A stretch of DNA of 64,000 nt. Source: Acidobacteriota bacterium. Lineage in GTDB: Bacteria; Acidobacteriota; Blastocatellia; Pyrinomonadales; Pyrinomonadaceae. The notes beneath the pieces are model-generated. The model had not been told where the DNA came from. It ran no database searches and saw only the letters and a program-made list of their open reading frames with translations. Position numbers and translations under genes: made by a program. The stretch's first letter is position 1, and each line of letters begins with the position of its first letter. The stretch is from assembly GCA_052389795.1 (NCBI GenBank), contig JBQTHO010000016.1:9822-73821 (forward strand), given 5' to 3'. Positions 28,947 to 38,031 of this stretch are shown one piece after another.

Positions 28947-30836
28947 ATGAAAAACCGTTCGAGATTCGCTGCTTTGACGCTGTTGGTTCTGTTTGCCACA
29001 GTGCTGACGGACTTGCCGCGACCAACTGCGCAGACCTTCCGACCGGTTGCGCGCGGCCGGCGCGGGGTGGTTGCGGGCGGTCATCCACTTTCAGTGGAGG
29101 CCGGCATGCGCATGCTCCAGCGCGGCGGCAACGCGGTCGACGCAGGTGTCGCCACGATCCTGGCCGCATCGGTGATCGAGTTCTCGCACTTCTCGTTCGG
29201 TGGCGAAGTCCCCATCCTGATCAAAATGCGCGGAAGTCGGGACAGTAGCCCGACCGTAAGGGAGGGCGCAAAAGGAAGCGGAGTCGCAGTCATAGAAGGC
29301 ATGGGCACCGCACCCGCGAAAGCTACGCGCGAGTTTTTCGCAAATCGGAGTAAGGAAGCCGCGGCGTCGGACCGACCGACGATGGCGGGCGCTGCCTCCG
29401 GAGTCATTCCGTCAACAGGACCTTTGTCCGCGACTGTGCCGGCAGTCCTGGATGCGTGCGTAGTCGCGCTGGATCAGTTCGGAACGAAGTCTTTGGCGGA
29501 AGTGATGCAGCCCGCCATCGAACTCGCCGATGGTTTTCCGTTGGATGAATTGCGCGTGGATTACATCAAGACGCGCGGCCCCGTCTTGTCGCAGTGGCCG
29601 GATGCGAAGCGAATCTTTCTGCCGAACGGCCAGACGCCGAGAGTTGGCGACGTGTTTGTGCAGGCCGACCTGGCCCGAACTCTGCGCGCGATCATTGCGG
29701 CTGAGAAGCGAAATGCGGGTAAGGGCCGGCACGCCGCGCTGATGGCCGCGCGCGATCATTTCTACCGCGGGCCCATCGGAAAGCGCATCGGCGATTACAT
29801 GCAGGCAAACGGCGGATTGATCGCCGCTTCGGATTTGGCTGGTTGGCGCGCTACCGTCGGCGCACCGACACGCGGCGACTATCGCGGTTACGAGATTTAC
29901 AAAACCGGTTTCTGGGCCGCTGGGCCGATGCTGATTGAAGTTCTAAACCTGCTTGAAGGTTATGATCTGAAGCAGCTCGGTCACAATTCGCCTGAATACA
30001 TTCACACGGTCACTGAAGCTTTGAAGTTGGGCTTTGCTGATCGCGATCGGTTCTACGGCGATCCGAAGTTTGTGAAGATTCCGACTGAGCAACTTCTCTC
30101 AAAAAACTACGCGGCGATGCGGCGCAATTTGATCGAGAAGGAAAGGGCATCATTAGCTCAACGGCCCGGTGATCCCGAGAACATGAAGCCGCTGCTGGCT
30201 TCGGCGACAACAATTTCCTACAACGCTGCGCCCGTACCCGAGTGGCTGAAAGCGAATGACACAACCTGCGTCAACGTCATCGATAAAGACGGCAACATGT
30301 TCAGCGCGACGCCGAGCGGCGCCTGGCTGCCGGCGGTGGTGGCTGGCGATACCGGCGTGTTGATGGGTCAGCGACTGCAATCCGCTTTGATCGATCCGAA
30401 CAGCCCCAACGTCGTCGCGCCGGGCAAACGTCCGCGCATCACACTCACGCCGACGCTCATTCTGAAAGATGGACAGCCGTTCATGATTCTTTCCACGCCC
30501 GGGGGCGACAATCAGGACCAGGCTTTGCTGCAAGTGCTCTTGAACATCATCGAATTCGGAATGAGTCCGCAGGAGGCCGTCGAAGCGCCACGTTTCGACA
30601 CGCAGCACTACATCAGCTCGTTCGACAATCATGAGTTTCGCGCGGGCTTGCTGAACCTCGAGGCGCGGATACCCGCGGAGGTGTCGGCAGCGCTCAGTTC
30701 GCGCGGGCACAAGATAAACATGCAATCAGCCTGGGGCACCGGCTCAGCGCCGACGGTCATTGTGTACGACGTGAAGTCGGGCGTGATTTCCGGCGGCGCC
30801 GATCCGCGCCGAGGAAGGTACGCGGTGGCTTGGTAA
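28947..30836 (+). CDS. ggt: gamma-glutamyltransferase family protein
   Basis: GGNAVDAGVA near the N-terminus. Autoprocessing/nucleophile region NDTTCVNVIDKDGNMFSATPSG. LSTPGGDNQDQ. Signal peptide from the ATG at 28947, preceded by GGAGG (the ORF is open from 28893). Confidence 0.88.
   Translation: MKNRSRFAALTLLVLFATVLTDLPRPTAQTFRPVARGRRGVVAGGHPLSVEAGMRMLQRGGNAVDAGVATILAASVIEFSHFSFGGEVPILIKMRGSRDSSPTVREGAKGSGVAVIEGMGTAPAKATREFFANRSKEAAASDRPTMAGAASGVIPSTGPLSATVPAVLDACVVALDQFGTKSLAEVMQPAIELADGFPLDELRVDYIKTRGPVLSQWPDAKRIFLPNGQTPRVGDVFVQADLARTLRAIIAAEKRNAGKGRHAALMAARDHFYRGPIGKRIGDYMQANGGLIAASDLAGWRATVGAPTRGDYRGYEIYKTGFWAAGPMLIEVLNLLEGYDLKQLGHNSPEYIHTVTEALKLGFADRDRFYGDPKFVKIPTEQLLSKNYAAMRRNLIEKERASLAQRPGDPENMKPLLASATTISYNAAPVPEWLKANDTTCVNVIDKDGNMFSATPSGAWLPAVVAGDTGVLMGQRLQSALIDPNSPNVVAPGKRPRITLTPTLILKDGQPFMILSTPGGDNQDQALLQVLLNIIEFGMSPQEAVEAPRFDTQHYISSFDNHEFRAGLLNLEARIPAEVSAALSSRGHKINMQSAWGTGSAPTVIVYDVKSGVISGGADPRRGRYAVAW
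29239..29269. repeat. Fam-A repeat unit embedded in frame in ggt
   Basis: GGGACAGTAGCCCGACCGTAAGGGAGGGCGC is translated as RDSSPTVREGA between FGGEVPILIKM and VAVIEGMGTAP. Confidence 0.85.
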
Positions 30837-30933
30837 AAGGCTTTTTGAAGATAAATTGGACCGCTGGACTCACCACCGCATTGCAGCGAGCGCGGTTTGA
30901 AGAGAGCCCCCGCGGAGTCAAGTATGTTATTAC

Positions 30934-30999
30934 CCTTGAAACGGCTCAACTTGTCTTTCGTCAGTCGATCACCTCGCTGAAGCGAGGTGTGAATGAGAG
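30934..30999. repeat. Fam-C element (partial)
   Basis: CCCTTGAAACGGCTC ... CACCTCGCTGAAGCGAGGTGTGAATGAGAG. Confidence 0.8.
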
Positions 31000-31099
31000 A
31001 GTAGAAGTCCCTCAACACTCTGAAAATTTGCTACCTTTCTAACAACTCGACCGGCAGACCGAGTGGTAATATGACAGCCGGAAAGGGGAAAAGGATTCT

Positions 31100-31858
31100 A
31101 TGGAATGGCTCGCCGACCCTTCATCGTGGGTCGCCTTCTTAACGCTTGTCGCGCTGGAAATAGTCCTCGGCATCGATAACATCATTTTTATTTCGATCCT
31201 CGCGGGCAAGCTGCCCGCCGAAGATCAAAAGCGCGCGCGGTTCATCGGACTCAGCCTCGCGCTGGTAATTCGCGTTTTGTTGTTATTTTCTCTTTCGTGG
31301 GTAATCGGCTTGACTGCGCCGCTCTTCACCGTCTTTCACCAGGCAATCTCAGGTCGCGACCTGATTCTTTTGGTGGGAGGCTTGTTCCTGCTTGGCAAAG
31401 CAACTTTCGAAATTCACGAAAGTCTCGAGGCGCCGGCGGGCCACGCATCGGCCAAAGTCAGCGCCACTTTTCTCAGTGTGGTCATTCAAATCCTGATTAT
31501 TGATGCAGTGTTTTCATTGGACTCAGTTATCACCGCGGTCGGGATGGTTGATCACGTCGGGATAATGATCGCCGCGGTGGTGGTGGCGATCGCTTTCATG
31601 ATTTGGTTCGCGGGGCCTGTCAGCCGCTTCGTTTCTAAGCATCCGACGATCAAGATGCTGGCGCTGAGTTTTTTACTGCTCATCGGCTTAACGCTGATGG
31701 TGGAGGCTTTTGACGTTCACGTGCCGAAGGGTTACATCTATTTTGCGATGGGCTTTTCGATGTTCGTTGAAATGCTTAACATTCGTATACGCAAGCGGCG
31801 TGACCCGGTTAACTTGCACGATCGTTACGCGCCCGATACACCGGCAAAGACAAAGTAA
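31100..31858 (+). CDS. TerC family integral membrane protein
   Basis: LVALEIVLGIDNIIFISILAGKLP and a second IDAVFSLDSVITAVGM repeat, typical of TerC/Alx/YjbE. Confidence 0.88.
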   Translation: MEWLADPSSWVAFLTLVALEIVLGIDNIIFISILAGKLPAEDQKRARFIGLSLALVIRVLLLFSLSWVIGLTAPLFTVFHQAISGRDLILLVGGLFLLGKATFEIHESLEAPAGHASAKVSATFLSVVIQILIIDAVFSLDSVITAVGMVDHVGIMIAAVVVAIAFMIWFAGPVSRFVSKHPTIKMLALSFLLLIGLTLMVEAFDVHVPKGYIYFAMGFSMFVEMLNIRIRKRRDPVNLHDRYAPDTPAKTK

Positions 31859-31883
31859 CAGTCGTCCTGGAGGCTTTATCGAA

Positions 31884-32816
31884 ATGCGTCACGTTCAGAA
31901 AATTACTTTCGTTGCCGTAATCGCCATTCTGAGCTGCGCAGTCGGAATGTGGCCGCCAACATCCGGCTCTTCACATCCGCCCGAACCAGAGCAACTCTCA
32001 GCGAACAGTTCCGGAACAGAATCGCTGACGCCACAGCCCTTCGCGGGCAGTGGAGACTATTTCCTCATCCGGCAAGATAGGCGGCGTTGCATCTCTCCGC
32101 TTTGCGGCGGGTATTTCGTTAAGCGCGTCAATCAATCGCGAACGCGTTGCGCCAACGGTCGCTGGATGCGCGAATGCTACGTCGCTGAAATCGATTGGAA
32201 GGGTCAGCCGGAAGTCGATCCCGGCAAGGCGCTGGTGCGCGGCGAGATCGTTGCGCGTCGCTTCGCGAGGTTCGGCAATCTTGGCGCATTGAGCGTGACT
32301 GAATTGTGGCAGAGCCCGAGTGACAAACCTGCGACGGGCACAATTTATCGCGCCCGCGATCGCGGCGTGCGTTGCATCACGCATCCGTGTCTTTCACATA
32401 CCGCGACCCGATTGAATTTTAATGTCACCACGAAGGTCGCCGGCGTGGACCTGGCGGCGGCCGACGACGACGGTTCTGAAGCGGCAGCTGCGATGACTCA
32501 ACCAGAGGGCATAATGGTAGCCGGTTATTTCTCTCCGGTCCGCGGACCCGCGGGTCGCGCCCAGATACTCAAAGCAACAAAGTTCTATTTGCGTTCGGGA
32601 TCAGAAGTAGGCGGCCCAGCGCCGGGCGCCAGGCGCTGTTTCAAGACTGGCTGTTCAAGTGAGGTTTGCTCCGACCGCGAGGTTGTGACCGCCTGCATCT
32701 TCCGCCCTGAGTTTGCCTGTTATCAAAAGGCGACTTGTACGCGTCAACGGAACGGTGAATGCGGCTTCACGCAGACTGCTGAGTTGGCGGCGTGCCTTGC
32801 GCGCGCGCGCCGGTGA
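31884..32816 (+). CDS. cysteine-rich secreted hypothetical protein (about 310 aa)
   Basis: The ORF is open from 31710, but that part overlaps terC. The ATG at 31884 follows GGAGG and gives the signal peptide MRHVQKITFVAVIAILSCAV. Contains CISPLCGGYF...C..G.W..EC and a C-terminal Cys cluster CFKTGCSSEVCSD...ACIFRPEFACY...CTRQRNGECGF. Confidence 0.65.
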   Translation: MRHVQKITFVAVIAILSCAVGMWPPTSGSSHPPEPEQLSANSSGTESLTPQPFAGSGDYFLIRQDRRRCISPLCGGYFVKRVNQSRTRCANGRWMRECYVAEIDWKGQPEVDPGKALVRGEIVARRFARFGNLGALSVTELWQSPSDKPATGTIYRARDRGVRCITHPCLSHTATRLNFNVTTKVAGVDLAAADDDGSEAAAAMTQPEGIMVAGYFSPVRGPAGRAQILKATKFYLRSGSEVGGPAPGARRCFKTGCSSEVCSDREVVTACIFRPEFACYQKATCTRQRNGECGFTQTAELAACLARARR

Positions 32817-33146
32817 GTCAGAAGCCCGACCGTGAGGGAGGGCGCGACCTGGCCGACGGGATCTAACCACAAAGGCACAAAGACACGAAGCAAAGCACTA
32901 GAGGGCTGCTGAAAAACTCTTCGGAGCTAGCTGGTTTACGATTTTCTCTGTGTAAGCTCTGTGGGTCTCCGTGTCTGTGGTGAAATAACTTAGCAAAACC
33001 TTCACCACGGAGGCACAGAGATCGCACAGAGGAATCACTAACGCCGCTCAAGCACTTTTTCAGCAGCCTGCTAGAGGGCTTTGTGACTTTGTGTGTTGGT
33101 GGTGAAGAATCCTAACGCTTGCCCCTCACGGTCGGGCTTCTGACAC
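32817..33146. repeat. 330-bp composite element: four nested inverted-repeat layers bounded by Fam-A units
   Basis: The outer 21 nt GTCAGAAGCCCGACCGTGAGG is the exact reverse complement of 33124-33144. Inner layers: CACAAAG arrays, CTAGAGGGCTGCTGAAAAA/TTTTTCAGCAGCCTGCTAG, and CTCTGTG.../...CACAGAG arms. Confidence 0.85.
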
Positions 33147-33187
33147 ACCTTTTGATAATACTCTTCTATCCGCGTTACTCTGCGTCG

Positions 33188-33631
33188 ATGACGGCAAACT
33201 GGCGCGACAATCTTATCGACGACTCAAACGGAATACGCGAAATGCTCTTCGAAACTCAGAGCATCGCTGTCCTCGGCATCAAAACCGAAGCGCAATCCGA
33301 TCAACCCGCCTTTTACGTTCCGAAGTACATGCAGAACGCCGGCTTCAAGATCATTCCGGTTCCCGTTTACTACCCGGACGTCACCGAGATCCTCGGCGAA
33401 AAGGTCCATCGTCAGTTGCAGCAGATTCCGGACGAAGTAGACATGGTCAACGTTTTTCGCCGTCCGCAGGACATTCCGCCGCACCTCGACGATTTGCTGG
33501 CAAAGAAACCGAAGTCAGTTTGGATGCAACTTGGCATCAGTCACGACGCCGTCGCCGAACAGCTCGCTCGCGCCGGCATTAAAGTAGTGCAAGACCGCTG
33601 CCTGATGGTCGATCATCGCCGACTTGCATAG
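33188..33631 (+). CDS. CoA-binding domain protein (YccU-like)
   Basis: IAVLGIKTEAQSDQPAFYVPKYMQNAGFKIIPVP...VDMVNVFRRP...VWMQLG fits the CoA_binding_2 pattern. The upstream part of the ORF (from 33119) is Fam-A repeat sequence. Confidence 0.8.
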   Translation: MTANWRDNLIDDSNGIREMLFETQSIAVLGIKTEAQSDQPAFYVPKYMQNAGFKIIPVPVYYPDVTEILGEKVHRQLQQIPDEVDMVNVFRRPQDIPPHLDDLLAKKPKSVWMQLGISHDAVAEQLARAGIKVVQDRCLMVDHRRLA

Positions 33632-33640
33632 TTGCCTCGG

Positions 33641-33758
33641 GTAGTTTGCGTTTTCTTGGCGAGTTTCTTAGCGAGCTAAGCGCCTTTGCGTGAGTTGCTG
33701 CTTGAAAAAGACGCAGGTTCACGCCAGGGCGCAAAGACGCAAAGGGACGCAAAGGTAG
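33641..33758. repeat. Fam-F heptamer-arm inverted repeat (CGCAAAG type)
   Basis: Left arm TTTGCG-type units; right arm GCGCAAAGACGCAAAGGGACGCAAAGG. Same type as 43272 and 57083. Confidence 0.7.
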
Positions 33759-33843
33759 ATCAGGGCACTACCTGCCTTCCGTTTAGTTCTTCTCTGGCGG
33801 TGGGTTATGTGATAAAACGCGCGAGCGAAAGGCGGAGCGACGT

Positions 33844-35433
33844 ATGCGCCGAACTTTAATCATTGCAATCTTCGCGGTAGGAATTTTGGCGAGTGGAGTG
33901 CGCTCGCACCGTCACGCGAGTGCCTCGTCTGACGCATCATCTGAAGAATATAAGGCCCAGGCCGCGCGCGATGTCGACGCAATGGCGAAGCAGGCGCAGG
34001 TCATGGTCGACATGGTCTTCAGTTTTGGTGAGCTTGGCTTTCAGGAAATTGAAACTTCGAAATATTTGACCGGCGTGCTTGAGAAAGAAGGCTTCCGTGT
34101 CGAACGCGGTATCTCGGGAATTCCGACGGCGTGGATGGCCACCTGGGGCGAGGGCCGCCCGGTGATTGCGCTCGGCTCAGACATCGATTGCATTCCACAA
34201 GCGTCGCAGAAGCCCGGCGTCGCTTATCACGATCCTTTAATCGAGGGCGCTCCGGGTCACGGCGAAGGCCACAACTCTGGCGTTCCTCTCAACATCGTCG
34301 CCGCGATTGCGGTCAAACGGCAGATGGAGCGGCACAAGCTGCCGGGCACTATCAAACTCTGGCCTGGCGTGGCTGAGGAACTGGTCGCCGGCAAACCTTT
34401 CTTTGTGCGTGACGGCTACTTCAAGGACGTCGATGTGGTGTTGTTCACGCACGTGGGAAATAACCTCAGCGTCGTGGCCGGGCAAACTTCCGCGACCGGC
34501 CTCGTATCCGTCGAGTACACGTTCAAAGGCGAGAGCGCGCACGCCGCTGGTGGGCCATGGCGCGGTCGCAGCGCGCTGGATGCAGTTGAGCTGATGAATG
34601 CCGGATGGAACTTTCGGCGTGAACATCTGAGGCCGCAGCAACGCTCGCACTACGTGATTACGAACGGCGGTGACCAGCCGAATGTTGTGCCGCCGTTAGC
34701 CAGCGTCTGGTACTACTTTCGCGAACTCGACTATGAACGCATCAACGAGATGCGCAAGACCGGGGACCGCATCGCGCAAGGCGCCGCGACCATGACCGAC
34801 ACGACTGTGACGTCGCGGACGCTTGGCGCGGCCTGGCCGCAGCACTTCAACAAGCCGGTCGCTGAGGCGATGTTTGAAAACATCAAGCAGGTCGGACTGC
34901 CACAGTGGAGCGAAGACGATCAGCGTCTGGCCAAAGGCGTGCAGAAAGAACTGAAGGTGGCTGAACGAGGCCTGGCGACTGAGTTGGCTGCGCTGACTGG
35001 CCCAGGCGGTGAAGAAGGCGGCGCGGGCTCAGACGATATTGGCGATGTGTCTTGGAATGTGCCGACGGTGCGGCTGCGCTATCCTTCGAACATTCCCAAC
35101 CTGCCGGGTCACAACTGGTCTAATGCAATCACCATGGCCACGCCGATTGCTCACAAGGGAGTCGTCGCCGGCGCCAAAGTCCTCGCCATGACGATGCTGG
35201 ATCTGCTGACGAAGCCGGAACTGATCGAGCAGTCATGGAAGTATTTTCGCGAAGTGCAGACAAAAGATACGAAGTATCAGCCGTTGATTGCGCCCACTGA
35301 CAAGCCGCCGATTTGGATGAACAAGCGCACGATGGATACATACCGCGAGCAGATGCGGAAGTTCTACTATGACCCCACGAAACACAAAACGTACCTGGAG
35401 CAGCTAGGCATTAAGTATCCGACAGTGCGTTGA
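33844..35433 (+). CDS. M20 family amidohydrolase (AbgB / aminobenzoyl-glutamate hydrolase subunit B-like), secreted
   Basis: Signal peptide. FGELGFQEIETSKYLTGVLEKEGFRVERGISGIPTAWMATWG and the metal-ligand region GHGEGHNSG. Confidence 0.8.
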   Translation: MRRTLIIAIFAVGILASGVRSHRHASASSDASSEEYKAQAARDVDAMAKQAQVMVDMVFSFGELGFQEIETSKYLTGVLEKEGFRVERGISGIPTAWMATWGEGRPVIALGSDIDCIPQASQKPGVAYHDPLIEGAPGHGEGHNSGVPLNIVAAIAVKRQMERHKLPGTIKLWPGVAEELVAGKPFFVRDGYFKDVDVVLFTHVGNNLSVVAGQTSATGLVSVEYTFKGESAHAAGGPWRGRSALDAVELMNAGWNFRREHLRPQQRSHYVITNGGDQPNVVPPLASVWYYFRELDYERINEMRKTGDRIAQGAATMTDTTVTSRTLGAAWPQHFNKPVAEAMFENIKQVGLPQWSEDDQRLAKGVQKELKVAERGLATELAALTGPGGEEGGAGSDDIGDVSWNVPTVRLRYPSNIPNLPGHNWSNAITMATPIAHKGVVAGAKVLAMTMLDLLTKPELIEQSWKYFREVQTKDTKYQPLIAPTDKPPIWMNKRTMDTYREQMRKFYYDPTKHKTYLEQLGIKYPTVR

Positions 35434-35571
35434 CGCGGTGAGGCCAAAAGCGCTGCCCTGGCGCTCTCTGCCGAAACTCTCGACACCTACTTCAATTCGT
35501 GATAAAACGCGCGGCGATCGTTCAGAAACGCCTTCGGTGCGGGTGCTCCGACCTTCAGTGAATTTTGGCCT

Positions 35572-36300
35572 ATGGCACTGAAGAAACCGATATGCTTCAT
35601 TAGTTATTCGTGGGAAGGCAAACGGCATCAGAACTGGGTTAGCCGTTTGGCGCAAGCGCTCGTACTCAACGGAGTACGCGTTCGGGTTGATTTCTGGGAT
35701 ACGCACTATGGAATGGACATTTCCAAGTACATGGAAACCAGTGTTCGAAGAAGCAGTCATGTTCTCATCGTTTGCACGCCAAAATATGCGGGAAGGGCCG
35801 ACGCTCGGAAAGGGGGCGTCGGTGCGGAAACTTCATTGGTGACCGGCGAGGCATTCACCGGCACAGCCAACAAGAAAAAGTTTGTCCCGATTTTGAGGCA
35901 AGGAGTTCCAACGAAGGCCCTCCCGACGTACCTGAAGGGTAAGCTATACATAGATTTTCGCCGCCGCGCGTTTCGCAAGCCTCTCGAAGATCTGCTAAGA
36001 CATGTTTTCGACGAACGCGAATCAAAGAGGCCCGAGCTCGGCAAGAGACCAAACTTTCCGGCTGTGGTTCTGCCGAAGAGTAGAGCCACAGCAAAGCGCG
36101 CGGCACAGCCAAAGAGGCGCGTGGTTCGCAAGAAACAACGCGAGCTTCATAAACTGATGAGCGGCAGTTGGAAGGGCGCTAAGGAACTTGAGAAGAGACG
36201 CGAAGCGGTCTCTCGCGCAGCCACTGACCTCGCCGTCGTGCGCCCACCAACCCCGGAGGGCAGAAGTGCCGCAAGGGTGGGCGGTCGAAGACGCGGATGA
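35572..36300 (+). CDS. TIR domain-containing protein with a highly basic C-terminal tail
   Basis: CFISYSWEG..HQNWVSRLAQALVLNGVRVRVDFWD...SSHVLIVCTPKYA...GGVGAETSL...KKFVPILRQG fits the bacterial TIR (TIR_2-like) pattern. The last ~90 aa are Lys/Arg-rich. Confidence 0.75.
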   Translation: MALKKPICFISYSWEGKRHQNWVSRLAQALVLNGVRVRVDFWDTHYGMDISKYMETSVRRSSHVLIVCTPKYAGRADARKGGVGAETSLVTGEAFTGTANKKKFVPILRQGVPTKALPTYLKGKLYIDFRRRAFRKPLEDLLRHVFDERESKRPELGKRPNFPAVVLPKSRATAKRAAQPKRRVVRKKQRELHKLMSGSWKGAKELEKRREAVSRAATDLAVVRPPTPEGRSAARVGGRRRG

Positions 36301-36348
36301 TCATCGCCCCCGACGCGGAGCACGTGGCAAACACCATCGGTAAAGCCT

Positions 36349-36729
36349 ATGGCGGCACAACACAGGTTTCCGAAAAGAGTTCTGCAAGCAATTAGCGACG
36401 CTAAGATCCTCGGGATTCGCGCGGGAACAAAGCCGCATCGCATTATCGGCATTTGGGTGGTGGTGGTCGAAGGGCGCGTGTTTGTCCGCTCGTACAGCCT
36501 GAAAGAGCGAAGCTGGTATCGCACTTTTCTTGAAGAGCCGCGTGGAATAATCGAGGTCAACGGCAAGCAGTTGAAGGTGCGCCCCGTCTTCACGCGCAGC
36601 GAGCGTTTGAAGAAACTGGTCGATCGCGCTTACGCCGAGAAATACAACACGCCGGGCTCACTTCATTTCGTAAAAGGCTTTAAGCAGAAGAAGCGGCGTG
36701 ATACGACTACTGAGTTGGTGCCGCTTTAG
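36349..36729 (+). CDS. DUF2255-like protein
   Basis: HRIIGIWVVVVEGRVFVRSYSLKERSWYRTFLEEPRGIIEVNGKQLKV...VDRAYAEKY matches my recollection of DUF2255. Confidence 0.6.
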   Translation: MAAQHRFPKRVLQAISDAKILGIRAGTKPHRIIGIWVVVVEGRVFVRSYSLKERSWYRTFLEEPRGIIEVNGKQLKVRPVFTRSERLKKLVDRAYAEKYNTPGSLHFVKGFKQKKRRDTTTELVPL

Positions 36730-36826
36730 AACTATCCGCAGATTGCGCAGATTACGCAGAATAAATGTTTAGCGTGAACGTTTTCCGATTTTAATCGGTG
36801 TAATCCGCGTAATCTGCGAATAGTTC
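36730..36826. repeat. Fam-F heptamer-arm inverted repeat (GCAGATT type)
   Basis: GAACTATCCGCAGATTGCGCAGATTACGCAGAAT pairs with GTGTAATCCGCGTAATCTGCGAATAGTTC. Central hairpin CCGATTTTAATCGG. Confidence 0.8.
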
Positions 36827-36837
36827 TCGGAGGAACA

Positions 36838-37272
36838 ATGTCCGAAGCAAAGACAAAACCAACTAAGCTGAGTGTGGACAAATTCATTAAGAGCCAGCCA
36901 GACGAGCAGGTGCGCGCCGATTGCGCCGTGATTTCAAAGTTAATGAGTGAAGCCACCGGCGAATCGCCTAAGATGTGGGGAACCAGCATCGTCGGCTTCG
37001 GCAGTTACCATTACAAGTACGCCTCCGGGCGAGAAGGCGACATGCCGATCGTCGGGTTCTCGCCCCGAAAACAGAACCTGACGCTTTATGTCTTATGGTA
37101 CGGGTTTGAAGAACAGGCCGAACTCTTTAAGAAACTCGGTAAACACACCACCAGCAAGTCCTGTCTCTACATCAAGCGTCTCTCTCACGTCGATCTCCCG
37201 ACGCTGAAGAAAATAATTAAGGTGTCAGTCAAAAGACTAAAGGCCCACGGGTTTCACGAATCAGGGATGTAG
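36838..37272 (+). CDS. DUF1801 (YdhG-like) domain protein
   Basis: VDKFI...PKMWGTSIVGFGSYHYKYASGREGDMPIVGFSPRKQNLTLYV...KSCLYIKRL is the typical DUF1801 pattern. Confidence 0.7.
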   Translation: MSEAKTKPTKLSVDKFIKSQPDEQVRADCAVISKLMSEATGESPKMWGTSIVGFGSYHYKYASGREGDMPIVGFSPRKQNLTLYVLWYGFEEQAELFKKLGKHTTSKSCLYIKRLSHVDLPTLKKIIKVSVKRLKAHGFHESGM

Positions 37273-37417
37273 CCCGGACTAACCGGATCCGCGCCGGGCA
37301 GAGCCCAGCTGGGGGGCGGCTCGTTGCGATCTTCCGCCGTTCACTTGAGTTTTAGCCCGGGAGCAGCTGTAGAACAGTCTGGCAGGCTCCGGGAGCGGCG
37401 TTCGCTCAAAATTTGCT

Positions 37418-37975
37418 TTGTTCGTCATTCTTATTTTAGTGCTGTTCGGAGTTGCGCTCCTCGGATTTTTCCTATACGCGCGGAGACGGAAGCGTAATGC
37501 AAGGGTCGCCGAGATGCTTTCCGGAGACACCTTGCTGGCAGCATGGACCTACGACGTGGACGAGTGGCGCCGCGCTGTCGAAGAAGAATACACCTGGATA
37601 AGAAACAGAGATGGCGTCGGGCACTGCTATATTTCGCCGAGCGGGATTTACGTCAGGAATGATTCGCAGGATCGTCTCTTTGATCTCAGTAGCGCGGGGA
37701 AAGTGGTTACGCACGCGTCTTATCGCGGCGCAGACGGCAGTAGCCCGCTCAAACTGCGGGTCCGTTGGAAAGTTGTAAAGCGATACGATGATCGGCCTGA
37801 CGAGACTGAGTATTTCAAGGAAGATTACCGAGTACCTGTGCCCATTCGGAATAGAGACGATGCCGCGCGCGTTGCGGCCTTTTTTACCGCTCGACTTGAG
37901 AATAATCTCGCTGCTTACACCGCTGTGGTTCCCGACGATGAGCCGATAAGCCTGTTCGGCAAGGATTCTTTTTGA
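37418..37975 (+). CDS. hypothetical membrane-anchored protein (185 aa)
   Basis: TTG start. N-terminal TM helix VILILVLFGVALLGFFLY followed by RRRKR. No recognisable domain. Confidence 0.5.
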   Translation: MFVILILVLFGVALLGFFLYARRRKRNARVAEMLSGDTLLAAWTYDVDEWRRAVEEEYTWIRNRDGVGHCYISPSGIYVRNDSQDRLFDLSSAGKVVTHASYRGADGSSPLKLRVRWKVVKRYDDRPDETEYFKEDYRVPVPIRNRDDAARVAAFFTARLENNLAAYTAVVPDDEPISLFGKDSF

Positions 37976-38019
37976 AAGGCGGCTCGCAGTTGCGCTGAAG
38001 CGATCGATTTCTTCTACGG

Positions 38020-38025
38020 TATAAT
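38020..38025 (+). promoter_or_regulatory. perfect TATAAT -10 box 6 nt upstream of an ATG (candidate leaderless promoter)
   Basis: ACGGTATAATCTTTTCATG. No clear -35 box. Confidence 0.35.
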
Positions 38026-38031
38026 CTTTTC

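Noticed and set aside
31020-31099. yybP-ykoY (Mn) riboswitch upstream of terC, as is common for TerC-family genes.
   Set aside because: I could not find the conserved GGGGAGUAG / GAGAC-type cores. The AAAGGGGAA just before the ATG is more simply the ribosome-binding region. A covariance-model scan would be needed to exclude a divergent copy.
33809-35513. Identical 15-mer GTGATAAAACGCGCG upstream of both the M20 gene (33809-33823) and the TIR gene (35499-35513), a possible shared promoter or operator (TGTGATAAA resembles an extended -10).
   Set aside because: By my estimate about two exact 15-mer repeats are expected by chance in 64 kb (about 2e9 pairs times 4^-15). Similarity does not extend beyond the 15-mer, so there is not enough evidence on its own.
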